A DNA stretch of 63,725 nt, filler included, from Welwitschia mirabilis (taxonomy: Eukaryota): assembly GCA_051453625.1 (NCBI GenBank). It is 7 parts of one record of this genome, joined end to end, with 100 filler letters (N's around TTAATTAATTAA, not from the genome) between each part and the next. Parts side by side here need not be neighbours in the genome. Positions count along the whole stretch, not along the records: positions 13,686 to 31,062 come from JBOZIK010000001.1; positions 31,163 to 44,957 come from JBOZIK010000001.1; 5 more parts are not named here. One strand, 5' to 3'. The notes under the pieces were generated by a model. That model had not been told where the DNA came from. It made no database searches and saw only the letters and a program-made list of their open reading frames with translations. Below are positions 23,350-34,889 of this stretch, piece after piece; positions within the stretch are counted from its first letter, which is position 1; every line of letters starts with the position of its first letter. Position numbers and translations under genes: made by a program.

Positions 23350-26300
23350 NNNTACTTTCTTTATAAGATAAGTACCTAACCATTTAGATGTTAACTTATT
23401 ACTCAAAAGATGTACTCTAGTGTTGTATAATGGAGAAGTTAACTAGGTTCAAACTTTTTATGAAGTAACTTTTTATCATATTTGAACTTATTTTGGACCT
23501 CATAGATTAATTAATGATGTTCAAACTTTTTATGAAGTAACTTTTTATCATATTTGAACTTATTTTGGACCTCATAGATTAATTAATGATGTATAGTATG
23601 AATATGTTTTTTTATTAAAGTAGTTTAATTAGGCTAATCTATGCTTAAGATTTTTATGAAGGTCCACAATATTAAGTTGATAAGAAAAATGATAAGAGTT
23701 ATAACACACATTGACAGATAAAATACAAACTTTTTCATACACAAGTTCATAAGGTGAAAAACCAAGAGAATTATGCTAAGTGATATGGTAAGCCCAAAAA
23801 ATATTTTTAAGCTCAGAAGCCTAAGATTTCTTATTATTAGAGATGAGTTTTTACAACATTTTCTTAATTTCTCTATTTACATTTTTAGCTTTTCCATTGG
23901 TCTAAGGATGATAAGCACAAGCTACTCTATGTTTTATTCCAAAGGACAAAAGAAGCTTCCTAAAACATTAATTAATAAAATGAGTTTCTTGATCATTAAT
24001 AATAATCATAGAAAAACGAAATCATTCAAAAATATAAGTTCTAAGAAAATGATAAATAGTTTAAACATCATTCGAAAAAGTAGGTATAGCTTCAATATAT
24101 TTAGTAACATAATCTCTAGCCATTAAAATGTAATTTTTATCATGATAATGTGGGGAAATAGAGCCTATAAAATTAATACCCCAATAGTNNNNNNNNNNNN
24201 NNNNNNNNNNNNNNNNNNNNNNNNNNNNNNNNNNNNNNNNNNNNNNNNNNNNNNNNNNNNNNNNNNNNNNNNNNNNNNNNNNNNNNNNNNNNNNNNNNNN
24301 NNNNNNNNNNNNNNNNNNNNNNNNNNNNNNNNNNTCATAGTTATTTTCTATCTATTAAGATGACCTTCATAAATACTACCATGATAAAGATAAATGATGT
24401 CAGATTTTTTCCAATTAAGCAAACATTTTCACATAATTTTTTCTTTATACCTATGATATAGATGTGGCTCTATCCATTCATAGTTACCTATTCTATGAAG
24501 AAAGGATTTGCGTTGATTATAAGTCCAATGTTGTTGTGTTTTCATGGTAATAAGATAATTAACAATATTAACATACCAAGGAGGAGGATGAGTAGAAGAT
24601 ATAGCAAAAATTTGCTCATCTAAAAAAGAATTATCAATAATAGAATCTTTAAGAGGATAATAAATACAAGACAAATAATCAACANNNNNNNNNNNNNNNN
24701 NNNNNNNNNNNNNNNNNNNNNNNNNNNNNNNNNNNNNNNNNNNNNNNNNNNNNNNNNNNNNNNNNNNNNNNNNNNNNNNNNNNNNNNNNNNNNNNNNNNN
24801 NNNNNNNNNNNNNNNNNNNNNNNNNNNNNNNNNNNNNNNNNNNNNNNNNNNNNNNNNNNNNNNNNNNNNNNNNNNNNNNNNNNNNNNNNNNNNNNNNNNN
24901 NNNNNNNNNNNNNNNNNNNNNNNNNNNNNNNNNNNNNNNNNNNNNNNNNNNNNNNNNNNNNNNNNNNNNNNNNNNNNNNNNNNNNNNNNNNNNNNNNNNN
25001 NNNNNNNNNNNNNNNNNNNNNNNNNNNNNNNNNNNNNNNNNNNTTACAATAGGAGCATAAGAAAGTTTACTTTTAAGTCTATCAAAAGAAAGCCAACAAG
25101 ATTTATTCCATTAAAATTTAGCTTCTTTTTCTAATAACAAGTAAAGGGGTTTACAAATGTTTGCATAATCCTAAATGAATTGATGATAAAAATCATAATA
25201 ACCAAGAAAGGATCTAACTTGTTTCACATTTGTTTGGGGATTTAGATTTTGAATAATATCAACTTTTTTAGTATNNNNNNNNNNNNNNNNNNNNNNNNNN
25301 NNNNNNNNNNNNNNNNNNNNNNNNNNNNNNNNNNNNNNNNNNNNNNNNNNNNNNNNNNNNNNNNNNNNNNNNNNNNNNNNNNNNNNNNNNNNNNNNNNNN
25401 NNNNNNNNNNNNNNNNNNNNNNNNNNNNNNNNNNNNNNNNNNNNNNNNNNNNNNNNNNNNNNNNNNNNNNNNNNNNNNNNNNNNNNNNNNNNNNNNNNNN
25501 NNNNNNNNNNNNNNNNNNNNNNNNNNNNNNNNNNNNNNNNNNNNNNNNNNNNNNNNNNNNNNNNNNNNNNNNNNNNNNNNNNNNNNNNNNNNNNNNNNNN
25601 NNNNNNNNNNNNNNNNNNNNNNNNNNNNNNNNNNNNNNNNNNNNNNNNNNNNNNNNNNNNNNNNNNNNNNNNNNNNNNNNNNNNNNNNNNNNNNNNNNNN
25701 NNNNNNNNNNNNNNNNNNNNNNNNNNNNNNNNNNNNNNNNNNNNNNNNNNNNNNNNNNNNNNNNNNNNNNNNNNNNNNNNNNNNNNNNNNNNNNNNNNNN
25801 NNNNNNNNNNNNNNNNNNNNNNNNNNNNNNNNNNNNNNNNNNNNNNNNNNNNNNNNNNNNNNNNNNNNNNNNNNNNNNNNNNNNNNNNNNNNNGTTGCCT
25901 AATAGGTTTTATATTATCCTTAAGGTAGATTTTATGTTGAAAAATTAAGGTAGGAATGACTGTCAAATATTTATGGGACTAAGTAAATAGATTTACCTTA
26001 TATTAAAAAAAAGATATTAATCTTGATTCTTATTAAGATAAAAGATTTTCATTAATTATTAAAGGTTTATTCAAATCATTATACAAAAAAATGTATTTCA
26101 GTCCATTGGATAAAGGTTTTAGATTCAGATTTAAATTTAAATTTTCATTTTTTGTTAAATTTTGAGGAAAATCTATTGTCGTCTAGACATCTTTTATAGA
26201 TGACCACCCTCAAAATAAGATATCTCAGAATTCTCAGATCTTAGACCTCTACACAATTGACAGACTTAATTTTCTACTCTCTAAATCAAAATAATCTATA

Positions 26301-27455
26301 TCTAAATGGCCAAAATCAAGTAGTTCTTCATCAAAAGAATTCAAATTGTCTACTTCAAGTTAATTATCAAATAAAGTTAGTTCATAAAGCATTAACCATC
26401 TTNNNNNNNNNNNNNNNNNNNNNNNNNNNNNNNNNNNNNNNNNNNNNNNNNNNNNNNNNNNNNNNNNNNNNNNNNNNNNNNNNNNNNNNNNNNNNNNNNN
26501 NNNNNNNNNNNNNNNNNNNNNNNNNNNNNNNNNNNNNNNNNNNNNNNNNNNNNNNNNNNNNNNNNNNNNNNNNNNNNNNNNNNNNNNNNNNNNNNNNNNN
26601 NNNNNNNNNNNNNNNNNNNNNNNNNNNNNNNNNNNNNNNNNNNNNNNNNNNNNNNNNNNNNNNNNNNNNNNNNNNNNNNNNNNNNNNNNNNNNNNNNNNN
26701 NNNNNNNNNNNNNNNNNNNNNNNNNNNNNNNNNNNNNNNNNNNNNNNNNNNNNNNNNNNNNNNNNNNNNNNNNNNNNNNNNNNNNNNNNNNNNNNNNNNN
26801 NNNNNNNNNNNNNNNNNNNNNNNNNNNNNNNNNNNNNNNNNNNNNNNNNNNNNNNNNNNNNNNNNNNNNNNNNNNNNNNNNNNNNNNNNNNNNNNNNNNN
26901 NNNNNNNNNNNNNNNNNNNNNNNNNNNNNNNNNNNNNNNNNNNNNNNNNNNNNNNNNNNNNNNNNNNNNNNNNNNNNNNNNNNNNNNNNNNNNNNNNNNT
27001 AGAGTTCTCTTGCAAAAGTTTTTAAAATGCTAAATTAATACTCATTTTTTGCATTAAGGCTTTGAGATGTTCATCAAAGGTAGGATTTGTATTTAATCTA
27101 TCAAGCCAAGGGGTTGTAGGTTTCTTATGAAAAATATTTTTCTTTTTATTATTTATAGGAGAAGGGAAATAATGATTTTCTAAAATTTCTATATCCTTTT
27201 CTTCATCATTTTTATCACTTTAAGATGTTAAAGCCTCATGGATAGGAGGTGTTATCTCATTTCTACTTCTTGTCATAACCTTATAATATTTCTTAACTTT
27301 ATTTGAGTTTGCTAAAGATTGTGTGGAAAGTGACCCTTATGGTCTTTAGTTAGTTAGCATATTTTATTGAAAAATACTCAAAATAATTTTAATGTTGGAA
27401 TTTGTTCTTTCATATGATTTTCTTAATTCATCAATGGAATTTCCAAGTGGATCAC
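23350..27455 (-). pseudogene. Athila-like pol relic (protease-RT-RH-INT), largely hidden by N gaps
   Basis: Motifs WGINFIG, IINDQETHF, DNSFLDEQIFAIS...PWY, RSFLGYYDFY...YANICKPL, and LKPLSNGLKY. Confidence 0.85.
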
Positions 27456-30400
27456 TATTGCGGTGTGTATTTATGTAATGTTTCACTCTTTAATCTCAAT
27501 CCTACTAATTATAAATAAGATGCAAAATACAGCACGCTAGTATAGTCAAGAGTGAACCGAATGTCGTAATTTAATTGAAGGCCAATAGTATGGATAACAC
27601 AGAGTTAATTTTGAAAAANNNNNNNNNNNNNNNNNNNNNNNNNNNNNNNNNNNNNNNNNNNNNNNNNNNNNNNNNNNNNNNNNNNNNNNNNNNNNNNNNN
27701 NNNNNNNNNNNNNNNNNNTGTCACAATTCCGTTGAAGGCCAATAGTATGAATAACAAAGAGTTGATTTCAAGAAAGAAATATGTAATTCTAATCTACTGA
27801 AATAAATTGTAATGCATGGAAATAAAAGATGTTGATGCAAACTAATCTAAGAAAGTAAATAATGATTCACCTAAACTAATTAAGCTCAACCTGACAAAGG
27901 CTGCCCTCATAATCTATATAATCAAAGAAACCTGTTATGAATCTTAAACAATATAAACTATGAGCAATAAGTTCCTGCAATTATTGATAAAAAATGATAA
28001 TTCATATTAAAAAGTATAAATAACATATACATCACAAAGTAGTCATTCCTCAATGGAGGATACGCTGTCCAACACCAAGGTAACATCTATCTAGATTATA
28101 AGATGATTCTCTGGTTCCAAGATCTCCTGTCACGAGAATGTTAGGTACTATCAATAATGATTAGGAATTAAGGGGAAGACCTTTATTTATAGATAGAAAG
28201 GGAAGGGGAATTGACAGAGAAGTAAAAAAGAAACTCTAGCTAACATGTAAAATAAAGTCGCAAAGAAGAGGCGATAACTCGAGAATACATTCGGTAAAAG
28301 TGACAGAGAACAGTATCCTTTTTATTGTCATCCGGACGATGTAGGAGATGATGAAGATTGACAATGAGTTATCTGTTTTGCTTCTAGTTTAATTGCTTGT
28401 GAACTGCATGCGAAGTTCTATCAACTAGTTCTAGAGATGTTGTCCACTAGTTTCATATAGACGATTAGTTGGATGAGAATGTCTGATAGAAAGGTCTTCA
28501 GTTCAACTATAAGTTATCTCAAAAGAACTCTATTTACTACTCCATTAGGGTTATCGTCCTAGCTGTCATTTGAACGATGGAGGAGACGACAGTCATCTCT
28601 TAATCTTTTGTCAGTCTAATGTCTTGTTGTTTGTAGGAATAATTATCCAAAAATATAATTTATCCATATCGATATGAAATGCTTATGAATTATCCGATAA
28701 ACTGCATGTTTTTGTCTTGTGCTCCTTGATTCTCAATTGTCATAGGAACTAGGAATTTATTTGTTAGTTTATCTATAAAACAACTCAAAATACCCTATCA
28801 AATACACTTAAGTTGGTATCACAACATAGCCCCCCACTTAGCCTTGTAAGACCTGGACAAAACTAGGCGGTAAACCATGTTTGCAAGCCAACTCTTAAAC
28901 AATAAAAATAGCTAGAATATCTAAGAAAAGTATTTGGAATATCAGTAATGGACTGAATTTGTAAAAATCAGACTAATAAATAAAATACTTGGTAAGCATC
29001 AGAAGTGTGTCCTGGTGTATCATCTGGATGATAATGGGGATGACAAGCTCCTCAAAAATTTTTCAGAGTCTAGAACCTGTGACAGAAATCAGATTTGCAT
29101 TAATTATAAAATTCTGGTACACAGCTCNNNNNNNNNNNNNNNNNNNNNNNNNNNNNNNNNNNNNNNNNNNNNNNNNNNNNNNNNNNNNNNNNNNNNNNNN
29201 NNNNNNNNNNNNNNNNNNNNNNNNNNNAGGGAAGGGGAACTGACAGAGGAGTAAAGAAGAAACTCTAGCTAACATGCAAAATAAAGTCGCAAAGAAGAGG
29301 TGACAACTCGAGAATACATTCCGTAAAAGTGACAGAGAACAGTGTCCTTTTTATTGTCGTCTAGACGATGTAGAAGACAACAAGGGTTGACAATGAGTTA
29401 TCTGTTTTGCTTCTAGTTTAACTGCTTGTGAACTGCATGTGAAGCTCTGTCGATTAGTTCTAGTGATCTTGTCCACTAGTTTCCTCTGGATGATTAGCTG
29501 GACGACGATGTCTGATAGAAAGGTCTTCAGTTAAACTATAAGTTATCTCAAAAGAACTCTATTTAATACTCCATTAGGGTTATCATCTTGGCTGTCGTGT
29601 GGACGACGGAGGGAACGACAGTCATCTCTTGATCGTTTGTCAATCTGATGTCTTGTTGTTTACAGGAATAATTATCCAAAAATATAATTTATCCATATTA
29701 ATATAAAATGATTATGAGTTATCTGATAAACTACATGTTTTTATCTTGTGCTTCTTGATTCTCGATTGTCATAGGAACTGAGCATTTATCTATTAATTTA
29801 TCTGTAAAACAACTCATAATACCCTATCAAAACCAGGTGGTAAATCATATTTGCAAGCTAACTCTTAAACAATAAAAATAGCTAGGATATCTAAGAAAAG
29901 TATTTGGAATATCAGTAATGGACTGAATTTGTAAAAATCAGACTATTGAATAAAATACCTAGTAAGCATCAGTATGTACTAGTGTATCATCTGGATGATA
30001 ATGGGGATGACAGGCTTCTCAAAAGTTTTTCAGAGTCTAGAACCTATAATAGAAATCAGATTTACATTAATTATAAAATTCTGGTAAACAGCTCCTCCTG
30101 TTATAGACAGTTAAATACAATCATGTAAAAATCAAGGAGGATTTGCAATAGTGATTTATGATAATCGAAAAAATTGTATCAGAAATATGCAATACTGAGA
30201 ATATATGTGTATCCTACCCCCACTTAAAATGTGCAATGCATTGCGAATTGCTTAAAGTAATGAAAATGAAAAATCCTAAGGAAAAAGAGAAATGCGAAAA
30301 TGACTAGAATGAAAAATGACTAAACGAGTAAAGTCCTAAGAAAAGAAGAAAATGCGACAATGATTGGAAAATAGGAGACAGGAAAATAGAAGAAAAGCAG

Positions 30401-31397
30401 AGAAGAAATAGACACAAGGAACAACAAGAAGAATGTTTACCTATTCCAAGTACTAACGTAGCAAGCTCCAAAGAAAAACATCATAACATTACCTGATTAA
30501 AGATGCATAACAAAATGTATTAACTCAATAAAGTTTATTTGAAAAGGCAGTGATTATGGTGATATCCAAGGTTTCAAGTGTGTAGAACAATGGAGGTCAA
30601 AATAAAAAGTTACTTACAAATGAACTCATCTATTTCTACCTACAAATTTACTGAAATCTCCAAAAGTGAAATGATCAACTGGGAATATGTTTTACTTCTT
30701 TTACCATGATGAGGGGAGTGCAGCCACTGTTAGAGAAGTAAAGATCCGTGAAGAATGGCCAACTAACCCCTCAGTGGAGTTCCCACAACTACCATATTAC
30801 ACCGCCAAAGGCTCCTCTCAAAAATATTTGCCTCGATGTACTTGCAGTAGGACATCATGCTTTTCACTTTTCTTTCTTTCTTTCTTTTTCTTTCTTTTCT
30901 TTTCTTTTTTTTCTTTCTATTTTTTTTAAAACAAAATAATTATTTCCACAAGATTACACACTTAAGAAAGACTAAGGTGAATAAGTAAAGTAAAAGCTAG
31001 AAAATAACACTCCTTAATAACTTAAGATTTAGCCACTATTGAAAAAAAACAACACAAGATACNNNNNNNNNNNNNNNNNNNNNNNNNNNNNNNNNNNNNN
31101 NNNNNNTTAATTAATTAANNNNNNNNNNNNNNNNNNNNNNNNNNNNNNNNNNNNNNNNNNNNTGATGGAGGGGATGACAGTCATCTCTTAATCTTTTGTC
31201 AGTCTGATGTCTTGTTGTTTGCAGAAATAATTATCCAAAAATACAATTTATCTATATCTACATGAAATACTTATGAATTATCCAATAAACTGCATGTTTT
31301 CATCTTGCGCTCCTTGATTCTCGATTGTCATAGGAACTGAGCATTTATCTATTAATTTATCTGCAAAACAACTCATAATACCCTATCAAATACACCT
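27456..31397 (-). mobile_element. Related Athila-family element nested in the outer element (3' LTR 27456-28826, PPT, 3' UTR; further LTR fragment 31163-31397)
   Basis: Termini TATTGCGG...CACAACA, PPT complement TAGCCCCCCCACTT. It interrupts the gag-pol of the 17187-35140 element. Confidence 0.8.
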
Positions 31398-32119
31398 NNN
31401 NNNNNNNNNNNNNNNNNNNNNNNNNNNNNNNNNNNNNNNNNNNNNNNNNNNNNNNNNNNNNNNNNNNNNNNNNNNNNNNNNNNNNNNNNNNNNNNNNNNN
31501 NNNNNNNNNNNNNNNNNNNNNNNNNNNNNNNNNNNNNNNNNNNNNNNNNNNNNNNNNNNNNNNNNNNNNNNNNNNNNNNNNNNNNNNNNNNNNNNNNNNN
31601 NNNNNNNNNNNNNNNNNNNNNNNNNNNNNNNNNNNNNNNNNNNNNNNNNNNNNNNNNNNNNNNNNNNNNNNNNNNNNNNNNNNNNNNNNNNNNNNNNNNN
31701 NNNNNNNNNNNNNNNNNNNNNNNNNNNNNNNNNNNNNNNNNNNNNNNNNNNNNNNNNNNNNNNNNNNNNNNNNNNNNNNNNNNNNNNNNNNNNNNNNNNN
31801 NNNNNNNNNNNNNNNNNNNNNNNNNNNNNNNNNNNNNNNNNNNNNNNNNNNNNNNNNNNNNNNNNNNNNNNNNNNNNNNNNNNNNNNNNNNNNNNNNNNN
31901 NNNNNNNNNNNNNNNNNNNNNNNNNNNNNNNNNNNNNNNNNNNNNNNNNNNNNNNNNNNNNNNNNNNNNNNNNNNNNNNNNNNNNNNNNNNNNNNNNNNN
32001 NNNNNNNNNNNNNNNNNNNNNNNNNNNNNNNNNNNNNNNNNNNNNNNNNNNNNNNNNNNNNNNNNNNNNNNNNNNNNNNNNNNNNNNNNNNNNNNNNNNN
32101 NNNNNNNNNNNNNNNNNNA

Positions 32120-33259
32120 ATATCTTATAGGTAGAGGCATAATCTTCATTAGGATATTTTTGGAAGTTGGTTACTTCTTTCTTATATTTTCTAATGATAG
32201 TTTCACTTTTGAGTCTCTTAATTAAAGCTTTTTGAACTTGATTCCATGATTTTAAACTCTTTTGAGGAATCCTTCTTAATCAAAGTTTATATTACCTTTT
32301 AATGTGATAGGAAAAATAATCATATAAGTTCTATTACTTATTCTTTGCTTACCATTTCCTAAAGTAAGCACTAGTTGTTCAATGTTAGCAATGTGTTGTA
32401 AAGGATCTTCATCTTGTTTACCATGAAAAATGGGATAATCATCNNNNNNNNNNNNNNNNNNNNNNNNNNNNNNNNNNNNNNNNNNNNNNNNNNNNNNNNN
32501 NNNNNNNNNNNNNNNNNNNNNNNNNNNNNNNNNNNNNNNNNNNNNNNNNNNNNNNNNNNNNNNNNNNNNNNNNNNNNNNNNNNNNNNNNNNNNNNNNNNN
32601 NNNNNNNNNNNNNNNNNNNNNNNNNNNNNNNNNNNNNNNNNNNNNNNNNNNNNNNNNNNNNNNNNNNNNNNNNNNNNNNNNNNNNNNNNNNNNNNNNNNN
32701 NNNNNNNNNNNNNNNNNNNNNNNNNNNNNNNNNNNNNNNNNNNNNNNNNNNNNNNNNNNNNNNNNNNNNNNNNNNNNNNNNNNNNNNNNNNNNNNNNNNN
32801 NNNNNNNNNNNNNNNNNNNNNNNNNNNNNNNNNNNNNNNNNNNNNNNNNNNNNNNNNNNNNNNNNNNNNNNNNNNNNNNNNNNNNNNNNNNNNNNNNNNN
32901 NNNNNNNNNNNNNNNNNNNNNNNNNNNNNNNNNNNNNNNNNNNNNNNNNNNNNNNNNNNNNNNNNNNNNNNNNNNNNNNNNNNNNNNNNNNNNNNNNNNN
33001 NNNNNNNNNNNNNNNNNNNNNNNNNNATTTATAGGTGTATTCATAGGGATTCCAATAACAAGGGGTTGAGTAGGTGAAGCAACTTGCTTTTGCTTTTGCA
33101 ATGAATTAGACATATTTAAAAATTAAAAAGTATCATTGAAACAATCTTCTAAAAACTTTTCTTTTGCAAAGTTATATTATAAAGAAATAAATGTAGAAAT
33201 TTCTAGAACTTTTAAAACTTGAGTACCTTGGTTGTGCATACCTAAGTTAAATTTGAAAT
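32120..33259 (-). pseudogene. Retrotransposon gag relic of the outer Athila-like element
   Basis: Minus-strand PIFHGKQDEDPLQHIANIEQL...SLKSWNQVQKAL...EVTNFQKYPNE. Confidence 0.75.
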
Positions 33260-34099
33260 NNNNNNNNNNNNNNNNNNNNNNNNNNNNNNNNNNNNNNNNN
33301 NNNNNNNNNNNNNNNNNNNNNNNNNNNNNNNNNNNNNNNNNNNNNNNNNNNNNNNNNNNNNNNNNNNNNNNNNNNNNNNNNNNNNNNNNNNNNNNNNNNN
33401 NNNNNNNNNNNNNNNNNNNNNNNNNNNNNNNNNNNNNNNNNAGTAAATAGAAATGTGAAATAACAGACATAAAAAACATAAAAAGTAAACATCCTTCTAA
33501 GTGGTCTAGATACTAAAGAGATGATAGAAAAATCCTAAAAATTTTTAAGAAACCACAAAAAAAAAAAAAATCAAGGCACAAAAGCTATCATCACCGCATG
33601 TCATTTTGACGATGAAGTGGATGATAATGTGTTTATTTTTTAATGGAAAAACAAAAACTATAATAGGAAAAACTTATACTACTATAACTAAANNNNNNNN
33701 NNNNNNNNNNNNNNNNNNNNNNNNNNNNNNNNNNNNNNNNNNNNNNNNNNNNNNNNNNNNNNNNNNNNNNNNNNNNNNNNNNNNNNNNNNNNNNNNNNNN
33801 NNNNNNNNNNNNNNNNNNNNNNNNNNNNNNNNNNNNNNNNNNNNNNNNNNNNNNNNNNNNNNNNNNNNNNNNNNNNNNNNNNNNNNNNNNNNNNNNNNNN
33901 NNNNNNNNNNNNNNNNNNNNNNNNNNNNNNNNNNNNNNNNNNNNNNNNNNNNNNNNNNNNNNNNNNNNNNNNNNNNNNNNNNNNNNNNNNNNNNNNNNNN
34001 NNNNNNNNNNNNNNNNNNNNNNNNNNNNNNNNNNNNNNNNNNNNNNNNNNNNNNNNNNNNNNNNNNNNNNNNNNNNNNNNNNNNNNNNNNNNNNNNNNN

Positions 34100-34889
34100 T
34101 TTGTTCTCATAATCTATATCACTCAAGAAACTGTCATAGAATCAGAAGCAATATAAACTATAAGGGATAAGTAACAAATAAGCATAGGAGATAGAAAAGA
34201 GTTCTTTCTATTAATATTAAACTAACATCCATGTTACAAATCATCCACACCTTAATGGAGAAAGCATAGCCCAATACCAAAGAAGACATCTCTCTCTAAC
34301 TATTAGGGATTAATCTCTGATGCTTCAATCTCCTATTATGAGAATTTGTAGTAGAAGTAAAAATATGTAGGAGTTGAATTAATAGATAGACATACAAATA
34401 ACAAAATAGATAAACGGACATGAGTACAACCCTAATAGCCACGCAAGAAATACAAAAACAAATAAAAAAAGTTAGGTGAATGTTTAGTAGAGTATTATAA
34501 GAAATGTCATCTTTCTAGTCTTCCAGATGATTCAGGGGACAATGCCACCTCATAAAAATTCTATGTCATTTGCCAAATTGATTACTGTCAGCATCCTCAT
34601 TGGCTTTAACTATTTTTTCATCCATATGATTATCTAGATGATGAGGTAAACAATAAGATTTTGATAAGTTTTCATGTAATGCATCATCCTCAATATTTGT
34701 AGAAAGTTTACTTTTAATAGAAAATATTACAAACTGCTTTAATTACTGCAAAATGTTATAGAGATTACGTATTTTTGTATTTGTCATCTTAGCTCTTTAT
34801 TATTATGGAAATCTAGTGTAAACATGTTTAATATCCTATAAAAATACTTAAAATACCCTATCAAATACATGCAAGTTGGCAGTACAACA
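34100..34889 (-). repeat. 5' LTR of the outer Athila-like element (partial; inner end in a gap)
   Basis: Collinear with about 17495-18293. It ends TACAACA and is followed by non-PPT flank. Confidence 0.85.
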
